In this document: positions 29,633 through 39,619 of the stretch, piece by piece | Position numbering within the stretch: position 1 is the first letter of the stretch | Layout: every line of letters begins with the position of its first letter | Assembly (NCBI GenBank): GCA_937922005.1 | Contig: CAKZWV010000054.1 | Coordinates: 11,855 to 75,854, forward strand | From: an uncultured Clostridia bacterium | GTDB taxonomy: Bacteria; Bacillota; Clostridia; Saccharofermentanales; DTU023 | Direction of reading: 5' to 3' | Length of the DNA stretch: 64,000 bases | The notes under the pieces: model-generated | What the model saw: the letters and a program-made list of their open reading frames with translations, nothing else | Told to the model about the DNA's origin: nothing | Database searches by the model: none | Translations under genes and position numbers: made by a program

Positions 29633-32600
29633 ATGTTCCTCATCCAAGGCGAAGAATTATATCAGGTGAATAACTGGATGGCTCAAAGTGCACTGGCAGA
29701 GGCGCAAAATGGTCATCGAGTTTTCCTTATCGTTCCTGAAACCATCAAGGCAGAGGTGGAACGGGCCCTCATTCAGGATTATTCTCCAGACAAACAGGGA
29801 ATCATGTTACTTGAGACCCTGTCGTTTCAGCGTTTGGCAACGAAAATTCTTGGTGACCGCTATCTCCAAGGAGACACCGATGGAAAGAAATTATCCAAGT
29901 CGGCAACGGCCTTCTTGGCTGATCTCTTGATCCACTCAAGCACCCGAAAATGGTCCAGTCTCTCCAGAACAAGCAAAATGGGGAGCCTCAGTCTTGAGGC
30001 AACCGATCTCTTAGCAGAACTTGCCCGTTATGACTTAGATGGAGAGATGCTCCAAGAAATGGCGGCTAAGCTTCCACCTACCCGTTTACGGGGGAAACTA
30101 GAAGATTTGGCCGAGCTAGCAGAACTTCTTCAAGAAAGTGAAAAAACTTTCCATGTTCAGACCAATTTCTCAAGTCTGCGTTGCCTGACAGCTTATCTCA
30201 AAAAACTGAACCAGGAAAAAGAGAGGGAAAAGGGACAGTTGAGCCCAAAATTGAAGGAAGTAAAGCTAAACCCAAAAAAGATGACCGAGCATAATTTGGA
30301 AATCGTAGACCTAGATCTTGAGCGACTTTTTCTTCTTCAAGAAGCCCAAGAGCTGACTGAGATCCGGGTCTATATCATGGGCTTTGGGGCTTGGCGAGAC
30401 TTCACTCAGGAAGAGTATGCCCTTTTGGCAGAAATTGAAAAGGCCTTTCATCAGGTAACCTTGAGCCTTGCTTGGAAAGAGGAGCGAGAGTGGGCCAAAG
30501 ACCACCCGAAGCAGGCTTTCTCTAAACTAAAAGAACGCTTTGCTCCACAAGTACTGAGTCTGGGGCACTCCAAACAGGACAAGACCTGCCCAGTAATCCA
30601 TCTGATACAGAGTCCATCATCCAGGGAAGAGGGAGAATTTGTCCTAGGGGAATGCACGAGACTCATGGAGAATCAGAAGGTTGATCCAAGGTCCATCGCC
30701 ATTGTCAACTATAATCAAGGACTCCAGGAGGAGGACCTGCGACGGGCTGAAGATAAATACCAGGTTAAGACCTCAAAGACCCAAGAGGAAAAGGTTCGAG
30801 AGACTAAAATTTACCAGATGATGGTTGCCTATGTGAAAATACTCCTCCAAGAGGATAGAAATGAAGACCTAATCGGCCTCCTTCGCCTTCTCCAGCCAGA
30901 AGATCTGGAACAGATTGATGCCTTGGAGAATTTCTACCTGGCCCACGGCTGGACTTATCCCTCACAAATCATTAAAAAAGAAAAATACGAAGCCCTTGCC
31001 CCCTATGACCCCTGGTACAATGAAGCTTGGGCGCTCTATGAGCTATGGATCAAGCCCCGGCTCGAAAAAATTGAAAAAATTCAAAGATTGGCGAGAGAGG
31101 GGGCTTTCTCAGAAAGTCTCCAGGCCTTCTCCCAGATGCTCAACGAGGACCTAGACGAGGCATCAGCCAATGCCCGACCCGTAAATTCCCCTCTATCAGC
31201 CAATGCCCGGCCCGTAAATTCTCCTCCATCAGCCTATGCGGCACTCAAAGAAGACATCGAAGCTTTGGTTCAAATTGGAGACAAGGCTCCTGCAGCCTCC
31301 CTGAAGGCAGCTTGGGATATTGTAAATCGCTACCTAGGGGAAGTCACCTATTTGTGCCAAAAGATGGAACAGCAGGACCAAAGCAAGACAGAAGGAGTGG
31401 CTATTCTCAAGACTAAAGAACTCTATGAGGCCCTTTTGGCAGGGGTGGAGGACGTCACCATTAAGCGGATTCCGGCCGGCCTCGATCTTCTTCGCACCGG
31501 CCCCGAAGAAGATATTGTGAACTTTTCTGCCGACTATCTCTTCATAATGGGGGCAAGTTACGAAAATATGCCGAGGCCGGTCCGGCAAAGCGCTATTCTG
31601 CAAGCCCAGGACAGGGCCTATTTGCGGGACTATTTTGGGATAGACCTGCCGGACCAATTAGAGGACGACCTAGAAGGGCAGACCTACCTTTTGCAAATGC
31701 TCCTGAGCCTCCCTCGAAAGGCCCTCTATATCAGCTCTCCATCGCTTGGCCTAGAAGGGACAGCCAAGATTTTTCAGGACCTGGCTGCTACTAAAAATCT
31801 TGCGATCAAGGTCGTAACAGCCCCAAAACTAGAAAACTCCTCCGAATCAAGGCCCCAAGTTGATAATTCTGTCAAGTCCCCTCAGGATCAAGAACAAAAA
31901 GACCTTCTCCTTCCAGGCCTTTTAAGCATCAGCGGGCTCAGTGCCTCCCGGATGGAAGTCCTGAACACCTGTCGCTTCCAGTACTTTGCCCGCTACGGCC
32001 TGGGCCTTCAGGAAAGAGACCTCCATGAAGTAAACCTAGCCTACCGGGGACAAATGCTCCACTTCCTTTTGGAGGAGGCCATTCAAAATCTCATGTTCTT
32101 GACCACGCAAGCCTCTCAAGATGGTCCCGTAAGCGACGAAGAGTACCAGGCCATCTTAGATACTTGGACCGAGACCCTGGGACCTTCTTACTTTGCCAGA
32201 AAGTTCTCTAAGATCCAAGATCCCCGCCTCCGTTCCATCTACGCTGACCCCATGGCCCTCTATGGGGAAGGAATCGCCATGCAAGAAGACCTCAAGCGGA
32301 AAATAGGAGCTATGCGGGAGTATTTGGAGAAAAGAAGGAGGAGGCCGATTTTGACCGAGCAGGTCTTCGAGATTAAAAGAGAGGGCTTGCCGGTACGGGG
32401 CTTTATAGACCGCATTGATTGGATCCCCGAAAGAGAGGGGGTGAGCGACCAGTGGGTGGTTACGGATTATAAGAGTTCTGCCAAGCTCCTCCGCCTGGAA
32501 GACATGGTCCAGGGCTATGAGTCCCAGCCTGGTCTGTACCTTCAGGCTGTGCAAAAGTTGGTCACAAATAGTCCCTTGGGCGGAAAAAACCAACCTGCAC

Positions 32601-33037
32601 CATCTTTGGATCTCCTCGATTTTCAATATGTTGGTATGAAAAAGACAGGATCCATGGAAAGTCAGGTCTACACCTTGGGCTCGAGTGCAAAGAGTTTGGA
32701 GAATGAACTGCATGTCTCAAGTCTCCAGGAAGCTGCTAAGAAAAGCTTTGACTTGAAAGGAGACCCAGACCGCCTAGCTGCCATTCTTGCCGAACTTGAC
32801 GAGATGGGTCGGGAAAAAACTATGGAAAACCAAAAAGCCATCGAGAGGGGCGACATCCAAGCCCAAGCAAGGACCAACGCCGCTGGAAAAGAAATCTATG
32901 GAGGGGGTTCTTATCCCTGTTCCTATTGCCCCTATAAGGAAATCTGCGGCTTCGACAAAAGAGCGCTTGGAAGCTATGTTTGTTCCACCTTGGAAGAGAG
33001 CCAAGCAAAGCTAGAAAGACTAAAGGAAAATGAGTGA
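29633..33037 (+). CDS. addB: Helicase-nuclease complex subunit B (AddB/RexB)
   Basis: FLIVPETIKAEVER N-terminus with no Walker A. C-terminal PD-(D/E)xK nuclease with Fe-S cysteines (LNTCRFQYF ... CSYCPYKEIC). Overlaps addA by 8 nt. Confidence 0.85.
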   Translation: MFLIQGEELYQVNNWMAQSALAEAQNGHRVFLIVPETIKAEVERALIQDYSPDKQGIMLLETLSFQRLATKILGDRYLQGDTDGKKLSKSATAFLADLLIHSSTRKWSSLSRTSKMGSLSLEATDLLAELARYDLDGEMLQEMAAKLPPTRLRGKLEDLAELAELLQESEKTFHVQTNFSSLRCLTAYLKKLNQEKEREKGQLSPKLKEVKLNPKKMTEHNLEIVDLDLERLFLLQEAQELTEIRVYIMGFGAWRDFTQEEYALLAEIEKAFHQVTLSLAWKEEREWAKDHPKQAFSKLKERFAPQVLSLGHSKQDKTCPVIHLIQSPSSREEGEFVLGECTRLMENQKVDPRSIAIVNYNQGLQEEDLRRAEDKYQVKTSKTQEEKVRETKIYQMMVAYVKILLQEDRNEDLIGLLRLLQPEDLEQIDALENFYLAHGWTYPSQIIKKEKYEALAPYDPWYNEAWALYELWIKPRLEKIEKIQRLAREGAFSESLQAFSQMLNEDLDEASANARPVNSPLSANARPVNSPPSAYAALKEDIEALVQIGDKAPAASLKAAWDIVNRYLGEVTYLCQKMEQQDQSKTEGVAILKTKELYEALLAGVEDVTIKRIPAGLDLLRTGPEEDIVNFSADYLFIMGASYENMPRPVRQSAILQAQDRAYLRDYFGIDLPDQLEDDLEGQTYLLQMLLSLPRKALYISSPSLGLEGTAKIFQDLAATKNLAIKVVTAPKLENSSESRPQVDNSVKSPQDQEQKDLLLPGLLSISGLSASRMEVLNTCRFQYFARYGLGLQERDLHEVNLAYRGQMLHFLLEEAIQNLMFLTTQASQDGPVSDEEYQAILDTWTETLGPSYFARKFSKIQDPRLRSIYADPMALYGEGIAMQEDLKRKIGAMREYLEKRRRRPILTEQVFEIKREGLPVRGFIDRIDWIPEREGVSDQWVVTDYKSSAKLLRLEDMVQGYESQPGLYLQAVQKLVTNSPLGGKNQPAPSLDLLDFQYVGMKKTGSMESQVYTLGSSAKSLENELHVSSLQEAAKKSFDLKGDPDRLAAILAELDEMGREKTMENQKAIERGDIQAQARTNAAGKEIYGGGSYPCSYCPYKEICGFDKRALGSYVCSTLEESQAKLERLKENE

Positions 33038-36000
33038 TAAACTAAGGGAGAAAACAGATAAGACGGAATTTGCCGTAGACATTTCCTTGCCCAGCTCGGC
33101 CAGCCCCTTGCCCAGCCCGGCCAGCCCCTTGCGCAGTCCGGACATCCGCTGGACCGAAGACCAGGCCGAGGCCATCGCCTACCAAGAGGAGACGAACCTA
33201 GTGGTGTCAGCCGGAGCAGGGTCAGGAAAGACAGCTGTATTGAGTCAGCGGCTGGCGGGTCGACTCCTAGCGGAAAAAGTCAAGCCGAATGAGATCCTTG
33301 TCCTCACCTTTACCGATAAGGCCGCCCAGAGCATGCGGGAAAAGGTGGCCCGGACCCTGGAGAAAGACCTGCGAGCCACTCCCCATCCTAGTCGTCCCTT
33401 CTATAAATGGCAGAATGCCCTCCACCAGGCCCAGATTTCGACAATCCACGCCTTCTGCCTCCAGCTGATCCGCCGCTACTACTATAAAATTCCTGGCATG
33501 GGTCAAAATCCCCGAGTTCTTGACGGGCAGATCCAGACGACCCTCCTTCAAGAGGCCTTAGACGAAGTCTTAGCTGGGGAATACCAGAAATTAGATGCCC
33601 GGCGGAATCTGGCCTTGCGGAAGGGCTCGTATTTGGATTATTTGTATCAGGCCCACCAGGTCTACAATGGGTCCTACAACAATGAGGGCCTGCGTGAAAA
33701 TGTCCTGCAGATTCTCGACTATATGCGTTCGTTTCCTTTCTATCGCAAGCAAATACTCCAGCTCTTTGCTGGCCAATATGCCGAGGCCTTGCGTTTTGAG
33801 TTGAGCCCCACATGTCGATATTTTATCGATTTGGCCAGAGAGGCGTGGAAAGAGGCCTATGAGGCCGTGGAGACCTTGCAAGACCATCCCTGGCTCCTAA
33901 GTCAGGAGAAGAAGAAGCCTAGCCAGGAGGCAACGCTGGTGCGGACCCTCCTTGACTTTACTAAGGCCCATGAAAAGGATTTTCAGCGGGGCTTTGCGGG
34001 GACGCCTGGAGAGGCTTGGACCATCCTCCATCAGATCTTTGAAGAGGGATGGCCAGGGCTGACCAGTCTCCGGGCCGGGGGACGAGCAAAAAATGCGGAG
34101 GAAAAAGATGATTTTAGGAGGATTTGGGAAGAGAGCTTTTTGCCCTTTGCCCAGCTATGCTCCGGAGGTCTGAAGCCGACCCAGACGGCCTATGAGCGGA
34201 TCCAAGGGGACCGTTATCCTGCCGTCTTTCAAAACTCTCTTGAAGATCTCAAAGGAAATTTAAAATACTCGTTGAAAATTGCCTTTGTTCTTCTTAAATT
34301 AGCCATGAAAACCGATCGGGCCTATGACCGCCTGAAACGCAAGGGAAATTTCTTGGATTACAGTGATTTTGAGCATTTGTCCCTGGAAATCCTTCAAGAT
34401 CCCCAGGTTCGGGAGGATGTCAAGGACCAGTATCGGGAGATTTACCTCGACGAGTACCAGGATACCAACGACGTCCAGGAGGCCATTATTGCCTCCATTT
34501 CGAAAGATAATGTCTTTCTGGTGGGCGACGTCAAACAATCGATTTACCGCTTTCGTGACGCCAACCCCCGCCTCATGCTGTCGAAAATGGAGATGGAACC
34601 GACGATCTACCTCCGGGAAAATTTTCGTTCCGAGCCCGGACTGGTCGCTGTCATCAACCATATTTTTTCCTATTTGATGACTAAGGAGAGCGCCGAGCTT
34701 GCCTATGACGCGACCCAGGAATTGCGGGCGGGCAAGGTCAGCAGGGCAGAAAGCGCCCAGCCTGGCCCCCTCTTTCACGTCTATACCTGGAAGGGGGACG
34801 ATCCCGAGGAGGAGGGAGTGGCGAAGAATGCGGGAGGAGCTCCCGCCATGCCTGGAAAACCCAATACAAAAGAGGATTCCGAGGAGCTGGAGTCTGCCCG
34901 AACGAGCCACATCCTTCAGCCAGCCTTCCCTGCTCCCACCCCCATCCTTGACCTGGCCGAAACGAATCCAGAAGAGACGCTTGGTGTTCAGATTATTTTA
35001 AAAGAAAGAGCGAAGGGACGAAATTGGGAGGATATGGTAATCCTGGCCAGGACCCACGACACCTTAAAAAACTACGCAGATATTCTGAGTGCCTGGAAGA
35101 TCCCCCATGTAATCAGCGATGAGATCCAGACTTTTGACAGTAAGGAGATGCGCTCCATTGCCTCCCTCCTTCAAGTCCTCGACAATGCCAACCAGGATCT
35201 CCCCCTAGCTGCCCTTCTGACGGGCCCTTTTCTGAGTGACCGCTTGACCTATAGCGAACTCATGCAGATCCGCCTCTTTGGCAACCAGCTACAGATCCTC
35301 ATTGACCAAGAAAAGGAAGTTCAAAGCAAACAGGCCCGGCGGACACCCTGGCCCTTTTATCAATGTGTGCAAGGCTACCGGGCCTATTGGCAGGAAAAGG
35401 AAGGAACTCACACAACTTCTAGCATTGGTGCAGATTTCACTATAGTCCCTGAAACCGACCCTACATTAGCGGATCACTTCGATTCCGCCCTCGCTGCCAA
35501 GCTTACAAAGATCTGGGAGGAGTTGACAGCCCTCCGCCAGGAAGCCACCCGTCGCCCCTTCACAGAAGTCCTCTTTAAGATCCTGAACCGAGATGCCTAT
35601 CTCCAGGAGCTTCGGGAGGACCGCTTTGCCGCCGACCGTCTGGATGAAGTCGATCGGGTCAAAGACCTAGCCCTGGCCTACCAAGAAGGAGGGGGAAATT
35701 TGCATGGATTCACCCAATATTTAACGGGGATCATAGCAAATCCTCCCCGCCTCAAAAAGATCAATCTCGAGGGGAAGCCTGCCGCTGTCTCCCTCATGAC
35801 GATCCACGCCAGCAAGGGCCTTGAGTTTCCATTGGTCTTACTCGCCGGAGCGGGTAAGCGCTTCAACCTTAAACAGCCTGAGCGCCTCTTTACCCTCACC
35901 AAGGAGGAAGCCCTGGTGCCCATGCTTTACGTCCCGGCGGAAAATCGGGCCTTCCAGTCTCCCGTCAATTACCTTGCCCTTAAGCGCCACGAAGAGGCTA

Positions 36001-37376
36001 GCCTTGCCGAGGAACTCCGCCTTCTTTATGTGGCTCTGACCCGGGCCTCCGAGGAGCTATATGTCCTCGGTAAAGGTCCGAGTGTAAAGGAAGAAGAACG
36101 CCAGGCCCCCTACCTCGAATCGGCCGACGCCTACCCCCATTTGCCCAATAAAGAGATTGATGCCCTTAAATCCGAGCTTTTCCTCGTTCAATTAGGCCTT
36201 GGCACCCATGCTAAAGTAAATATTCCCGCCCTGGCGCAGCTTTTCGAAGAAAAGTCTCTAGCCATAACGGAGATTAAAGAAAACGTAAAAATGATCTGGC
36301 CAAGCTGGGAGGGAGAGGAGGAAGGAGAGGAAGTTTCCAAGGCCCCGGAGAGCATCCAAAACAGCATCCAAAACAACACCCAAGATAGCGCCCAAGACAG
36401 CGCCCAAATCAGCACCCAAGCCGGCAGACAAGCCGCCCGAGCCATTCCTACGGTTCCTACAAGCTCTGCGGGTCTCACAGAGGCCCCGGCCATCCACCGG
36501 GCATCCAGGTTGGAGCGGTCCCCGGCCAAACTCAGTGTCACCGGGCTCAACCACCTTGGGACAAAGATCAAAGAAGAACTCTGGGCCCAATGGACTCAGG
36601 AGAGGGGGCAGCGGACTCCTTGGGATCTCAATGCCTCCCCGGGTACCCTAGAACTACCTTATGGGGGAGAGAGCAGCGATATCGACCTCTTGGGGGAAGA
36701 AGGGGTGAGTACGGCAGAGATGCCCATCCTTTTGAACGCCTATAAATGGGAAGAGGAAAAGCCGACCCAGGGAGGTGCTCAATACGGGAGCCTTATCCAC
36801 CTATTACTGCAAAAGATACCGGGAGTATTTGTTGCAGAAATGCTAAGAGACGACGGAGAAAGATGGATGAATCATGATATTAAAAATCATGATTCTGAAG
36901 ATATTTCCAACGGATATCATCAATATCTTAAAATATTAGATGTTCTTACGAAGCACCGGGTCATCTTGCCTGAGGAGCTTCCTGCCGCACAAGCTCCGAA
37001 AACTTATGCCATGCTGGCAGGTTTTTACGCTTCTTCTTGGGGGCAGCGGGTTTTGGCTGCAGAGCAAAGGCAGAAGCTCTGGCGGGAGCAAAGTTTTACC
37101 TTAGCGGTGCCTGCTCCGGGGCTGGAGCCGGCCTTGGGAAAGAAGACCCTGATCCAGGGAATCATTGACTTGCTCTTTGAAGAAGATGGAAAGCTCTATG
37201 TTATCGACTTTAAAACAGATGCCCGGACGACAAAGAAAGAACTTATGGATCGTTATTCCTTCCAACTCCGTATGTATGCGCTGGCAGCGGGAAGAATTCG
37301 CCGCCTTCCTGTAGATGCCTGCCTGATCTGGCAACTACGGCAGAATTGCAGTTTTGAACTTAGCTTGCTATCCTGA
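33030..37376 (+). CDS. addA: ATP-dependent helicase/nuclease subunit A (AddA/RexA, UvrD-like)
   Basis: Walker A SAGAGSGKTAVL, YLDEYQDTN, VGDVKQSIYRFRDA, and a C-terminal nuclease motif GIIDLLFEEDGKLYVIDFKTD. Confidence 0.92.
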   Translation: MSDKLREKTDKTEFAVDISLPSSASPLPSPASPLRSPDIRWTEDQAEAIAYQEETNLVVSAGAGSGKTAVLSQRLAGRLLAEKVKPNEILVLTFTDKAAQSMREKVARTLEKDLRATPHPSRPFYKWQNALHQAQISTIHAFCLQLIRRYYYKIPGMGQNPRVLDGQIQTTLLQEALDEVLAGEYQKLDARRNLALRKGSYLDYLYQAHQVYNGSYNNEGLRENVLQILDYMRSFPFYRKQILQLFAGQYAEALRFELSPTCRYFIDLAREAWKEAYEAVETLQDHPWLLSQEKKKPSQEATLVRTLLDFTKAHEKDFQRGFAGTPGEAWTILHQIFEEGWPGLTSLRAGGRAKNAEEKDDFRRIWEESFLPFAQLCSGGLKPTQTAYERIQGDRYPAVFQNSLEDLKGNLKYSLKIAFVLLKLAMKTDRAYDRLKRKGNFLDYSDFEHLSLEILQDPQVREDVKDQYREIYLDEYQDTNDVQEAIIASISKDNVFLVGDVKQSIYRFRDANPRLMLSKMEMEPTIYLRENFRSEPGLVAVINHIFSYLMTKESAELAYDATQELRAGKVSRAESAQPGPLFHVYTWKGDDPEEEGVAKNAGGAPAMPGKPNTKEDSEELESARTSHILQPAFPAPTPILDLAETNPEETLGVQIILKERAKGRNWEDMVILARTHDTLKNYADILSAWKIPHVISDEIQTFDSKEMRSIASLLQVLDNANQDLPLAALLTGPFLSDRLTYSELMQIRLFGNQLQILIDQEKEVQSKQARRTPWPFYQCVQGYRAYWQEKEGTHTTSSIGADFTIVPETDPTLADHFDSALAAKLTKIWEELTALRQEATRRPFTEVLFKILNRDAYLQELREDRFAADRLDEVDRVKDLALAYQEGGGNLHGFTQYLTGIIANPPRLKKINLEGKPAAVSLMTIHASKGLEFPLVLLAGAGKRFNLKQPERLFTLTKEEALVPMLYVPAENRAFQSPVNYLALKRHEEASLAEELRLLYVALTRASEELYVLGKGPSVKEEERQAPYLESADAYPHLPNKEIDALKSELFLVQLGLGTHAKVNIPALAQLFEEKSLAITEIKENVKMIWPSWEGEEEGEEVSKAPESIQNSIQNNTQDSAQDSAQISTQAGRQAARAIPTVPTSSAGLTEAPAIHRASRLERSPAKLSVTGLNHLGTKIKEELWAQWTQERGQRTPWDLNASPGTLELPYGGESSDIDLLGEEGVSTAEMPILLNAYKWEEEKPTQGGAQYGSLIHLLLQKIPGVFVAEMLRDDGERWMNHDIKNHDSEDISNGYHQYLKILDVLTKHRVILPEELPAAQAPKTYAMLAGFYASSWGQRVLAAEQRQKLWREQSFTLAVPAPGLEPALGKKTLIQGIIDLLFEEDGKLYVIDFKTDARTTKKELMDRYSFQLRMYALAAGRIRRLPVDACLIWQLRQNCSFELSLLS

Positions 37377-37414
37377 ACAGACTACACCAGTAACCTCGAG
37401 AAAAGGAGATTCCT

Positions 37415-38083
37415 ATGCAATATCAAATCGTTGGAGATAACCTACCCGTAGCCCTCTTTCGTTTAGAGCCCGGAGAGACCATCATCAGTGAAGCAGGCGG
37501 GAGAGCCTGGTACCAAGGTAATATCAAGACAGAAACCAAAGGCGGTGGCCTAGGCAAGGCCCTGGGACGGGCCCTTACGGCGGAAAGCCTCTTCCTGAGC
37601 CACTATACAGCCCAAGCTCCGGCAGAGATTGCCTTTACCTCTTGCTTCCCTGGGAGTATCGTCGTCAAGGAGCTGGCTGCGGGCCAGAGTGTGGTCTGCC
37701 AGAAGAGCGCCTTCCTCTGTGCTACAGCAGGAGTTAACATTTCTGTCCACTTCCAAAAGAAGCTGGGAGCTGGCTTCTTCGGGGGAGAGGGCTTTATTCT
37801 CCAGAAAATCACGGGACCCGGCTTAGCCTTTTTTGAGATTGATGGCTATTGCCATAGGGTTCCCCTGGAAGCTGGAGAACAGATTGTTTGCGACACGGGT
37901 GTCGTGGCCCTTATGGATGAAACCTGCGACCTGGATATCAAGATGGTCAGTGGACTGAAGAACGCTATGTTTGGCGGCGAGGGATTATTTGATACCGTGA
38001 TCACGGGGCCAGGAGAGGTTGCCCTCCAGAGCATGTCCCGTTTTGCCATGGCCGCCTTGGTCCAGCAAGCGTCGCAAAAGTAG
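37415..38083 (+). CDS. AIM24 / DUF124 (TIGR00266) family protein
   Basis: MQYQIVGDNLPVALFRLEPGETIISEAGG...GGEGFILQKITGPG...GGEGLFDTVITGPGEV is characteristic of this family. Confidence 0.75.
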   Translation: MQYQIVGDNLPVALFRLEPGETIISEAGGRAWYQGNIKTETKGGGLGKALGRALTAESLFLSHYTAQAPAEIAFTSCFPGSIVVKELAAGQSVVCQKSAFLCATAGVNISVHFQKKLGAGFFGGEGFILQKITGPGLAFFEIDGYCHRVPLEAGEQIVCDTGVVALMDETCDLDIKMVSGLKNAMFGGEGLFDTVITGPGEVALQSMSRFAMAALVQQASQK

Positions 38084-38178
38084 GGTAAGAGCGCAGGCAG
38101 CCGTGCCCGGTGCCCTAACAAACGCTTGCAAATTTAATAAGGCGAAATGTGAATAACGTAAGGAAAAATGAGAATTAA

Positions 38179-39603
38179 GTGACAATGACAAATACAGAAC
38201 TACCAGCAAATCTCTTAGCGGGGGCGGAGGTCGTCCCCCTGGAGGAGGCGGCCTATCAGGACTTTCTTAAGCGGGTCGACCGGCTTTTTTATCAGCAGGC
38301 CCTGGCCTCAGCCGACCACAAGGTCAAGATGGGGGCTAATGCCATCCGCCTTGGCCTGGTCCACGAAGGCAAAATCTACAACGTAGCCACTTGCGTCCTC
38401 TACCGCTATAAGAAAATATTCCAGTCCCTGGAGGTTAACTATGGCCCCCTTGTTTCCTTGGACGATCTCCAAGACCCCTGGGTTCAGGCCCTAGCCAAGG
38501 CCCAAGGCTTGGAAGAACAGCTTGTCCAGCTGGCCCAGAACATACCTACTTCAGTGCCCCAAGCCGCCAAGCCTTTCCTGCCAGCTGACCTCCTCCAGGC
38601 CATATTACTGCCTGTTTGGTTGAAAAAGCTGCAGGAGTATTTGAAGAAGGAGATGCACAGGGTGATTCACCTGACTGTGGTACCCCTGATTCACCGGACC
38701 TACTATGCAGGAACCGAGGCCCAGGGAACCAATCCGGCCCTGACCCAGGCGGAGCAGGCCCTTCAGGACGCTGGTTTTAGTCGCCTCAACGAGGCCCGGG
38801 ACGTTGGTTTTAGCCCGGAGGCCCTCGCCAGCCTGCCCCTGACCCAGATGAGTCTTTATTACGCCAAACGGATTGAGGGGAAGACTTTTGAGGAAAATTG
38901 GAAGACCTTGAAATACAAGATGCGGTCCGATTTTAAACGAGGAAAGAAGTATCACCTCAAAATTCGCTTTTTGACCGCCGACGACCTTGAACTCTACGAG
39001 AAGATGCAGGCCCACACAGTGGAGCGTACGGGGGCCAGCGAGTCTACCATCGTTCCCCTAACGACGGCCTTTTTTGAGGCCTATGGGCAGGATTGCCTGG
39101 TCCCCCTCGTGTATCTTAATGTCGAGGACAGCCTGGCCGGGATTCAGGCTGACATTGAGGCCATGCAGGCTAAGATTGACGCCTGGAAGGCCAAGGGCGA
39201 GCCCCAGAACCGCCGTCGGGCCATGATGGAGGAGGCTGAAGAGATTACAAGGGCCCAAGCCCGTCTGGAAGAAGTTAAATCCCTGCGTTCTGAAGCGGAT
39301 TCCGAAGCAAATATTCCCTTAGCCACCGGCCATTTTATGCGTTCTAAGACGGATTTTATCTATTTGCAAAGTGCCGCCTACCGGTCGTATTTGCACTTTC
39401 AGCCCCTAGCCATCCTCCATGAGACCATGCTCCGGATTGCGGTTGAATCGGGCTGTACTTTTTATAATCTCTTTGGAATTCTTTCTCTCGATCCTGATTC
39501 CCCAGATCGGGGGGTCCTCGACTTCAAGGAATCTTTCCAAGGGGATGTCGAAGAATTGATTGGATCCTACGGAAAAGCCCTGAGTTTTGGCTTTTTACAA
39601 TAA
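38179..39603 (+). CDS. FemAB-family peptidoglycan interpeptide-bridge aminoacyltransferase
   Basis: Two GNAT-like halves separated by a coiled-coil insert (IQADIEAMQAKIDAWKAKGEPQNRRRAMMEEAEEITRAQARLEEVK). C-terminal YNLFGI...GVLDFKESFQGDVEELIGSY. The start is GTG 38179 or ATG 38185. Confidence 0.7.
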   Translation: MTMTNTELPANLLAGAEVVPLEEAAYQDFLKRVDRLFYQQALASADHKVKMGANAIRLGLVHEGKIYNVATCVLYRYKKIFQSLEVNYGPLVSLDDLQDPWVQALAKAQGLEEQLVQLAQNIPTSVPQAAKPFLPADLLQAILLPVWLKKLQEYLKKEMHRVIHLTVVPLIHRTYYAGTEAQGTNPALTQAEQALQDAGFSRLNEARDVGFSPEALASLPLTQMSLYYAKRIEGKTFEENWKTLKYKMRSDFKRGKKYHLKIRFLTADDLELYEKMQAHTVERTGASESTIVPLTTAFFEAYGQDCLVPLVYLNVEDSLAGIQADIEAMQAKIDAWKAKGEPQNRRRAMMEEAEEITRAQARLEEVKSLRSEADSEANIPLATGHFMRSKTDFIYLQSAAYRSYLHFQPLAILHETMLRIAVESGCTFYNLFGILSLDPDSPDRGVLDFKESFQGDVEELIGSYGKALSFGFLQ

Positions 39604-39619
39604 TTATCGTTGAGGTCTT

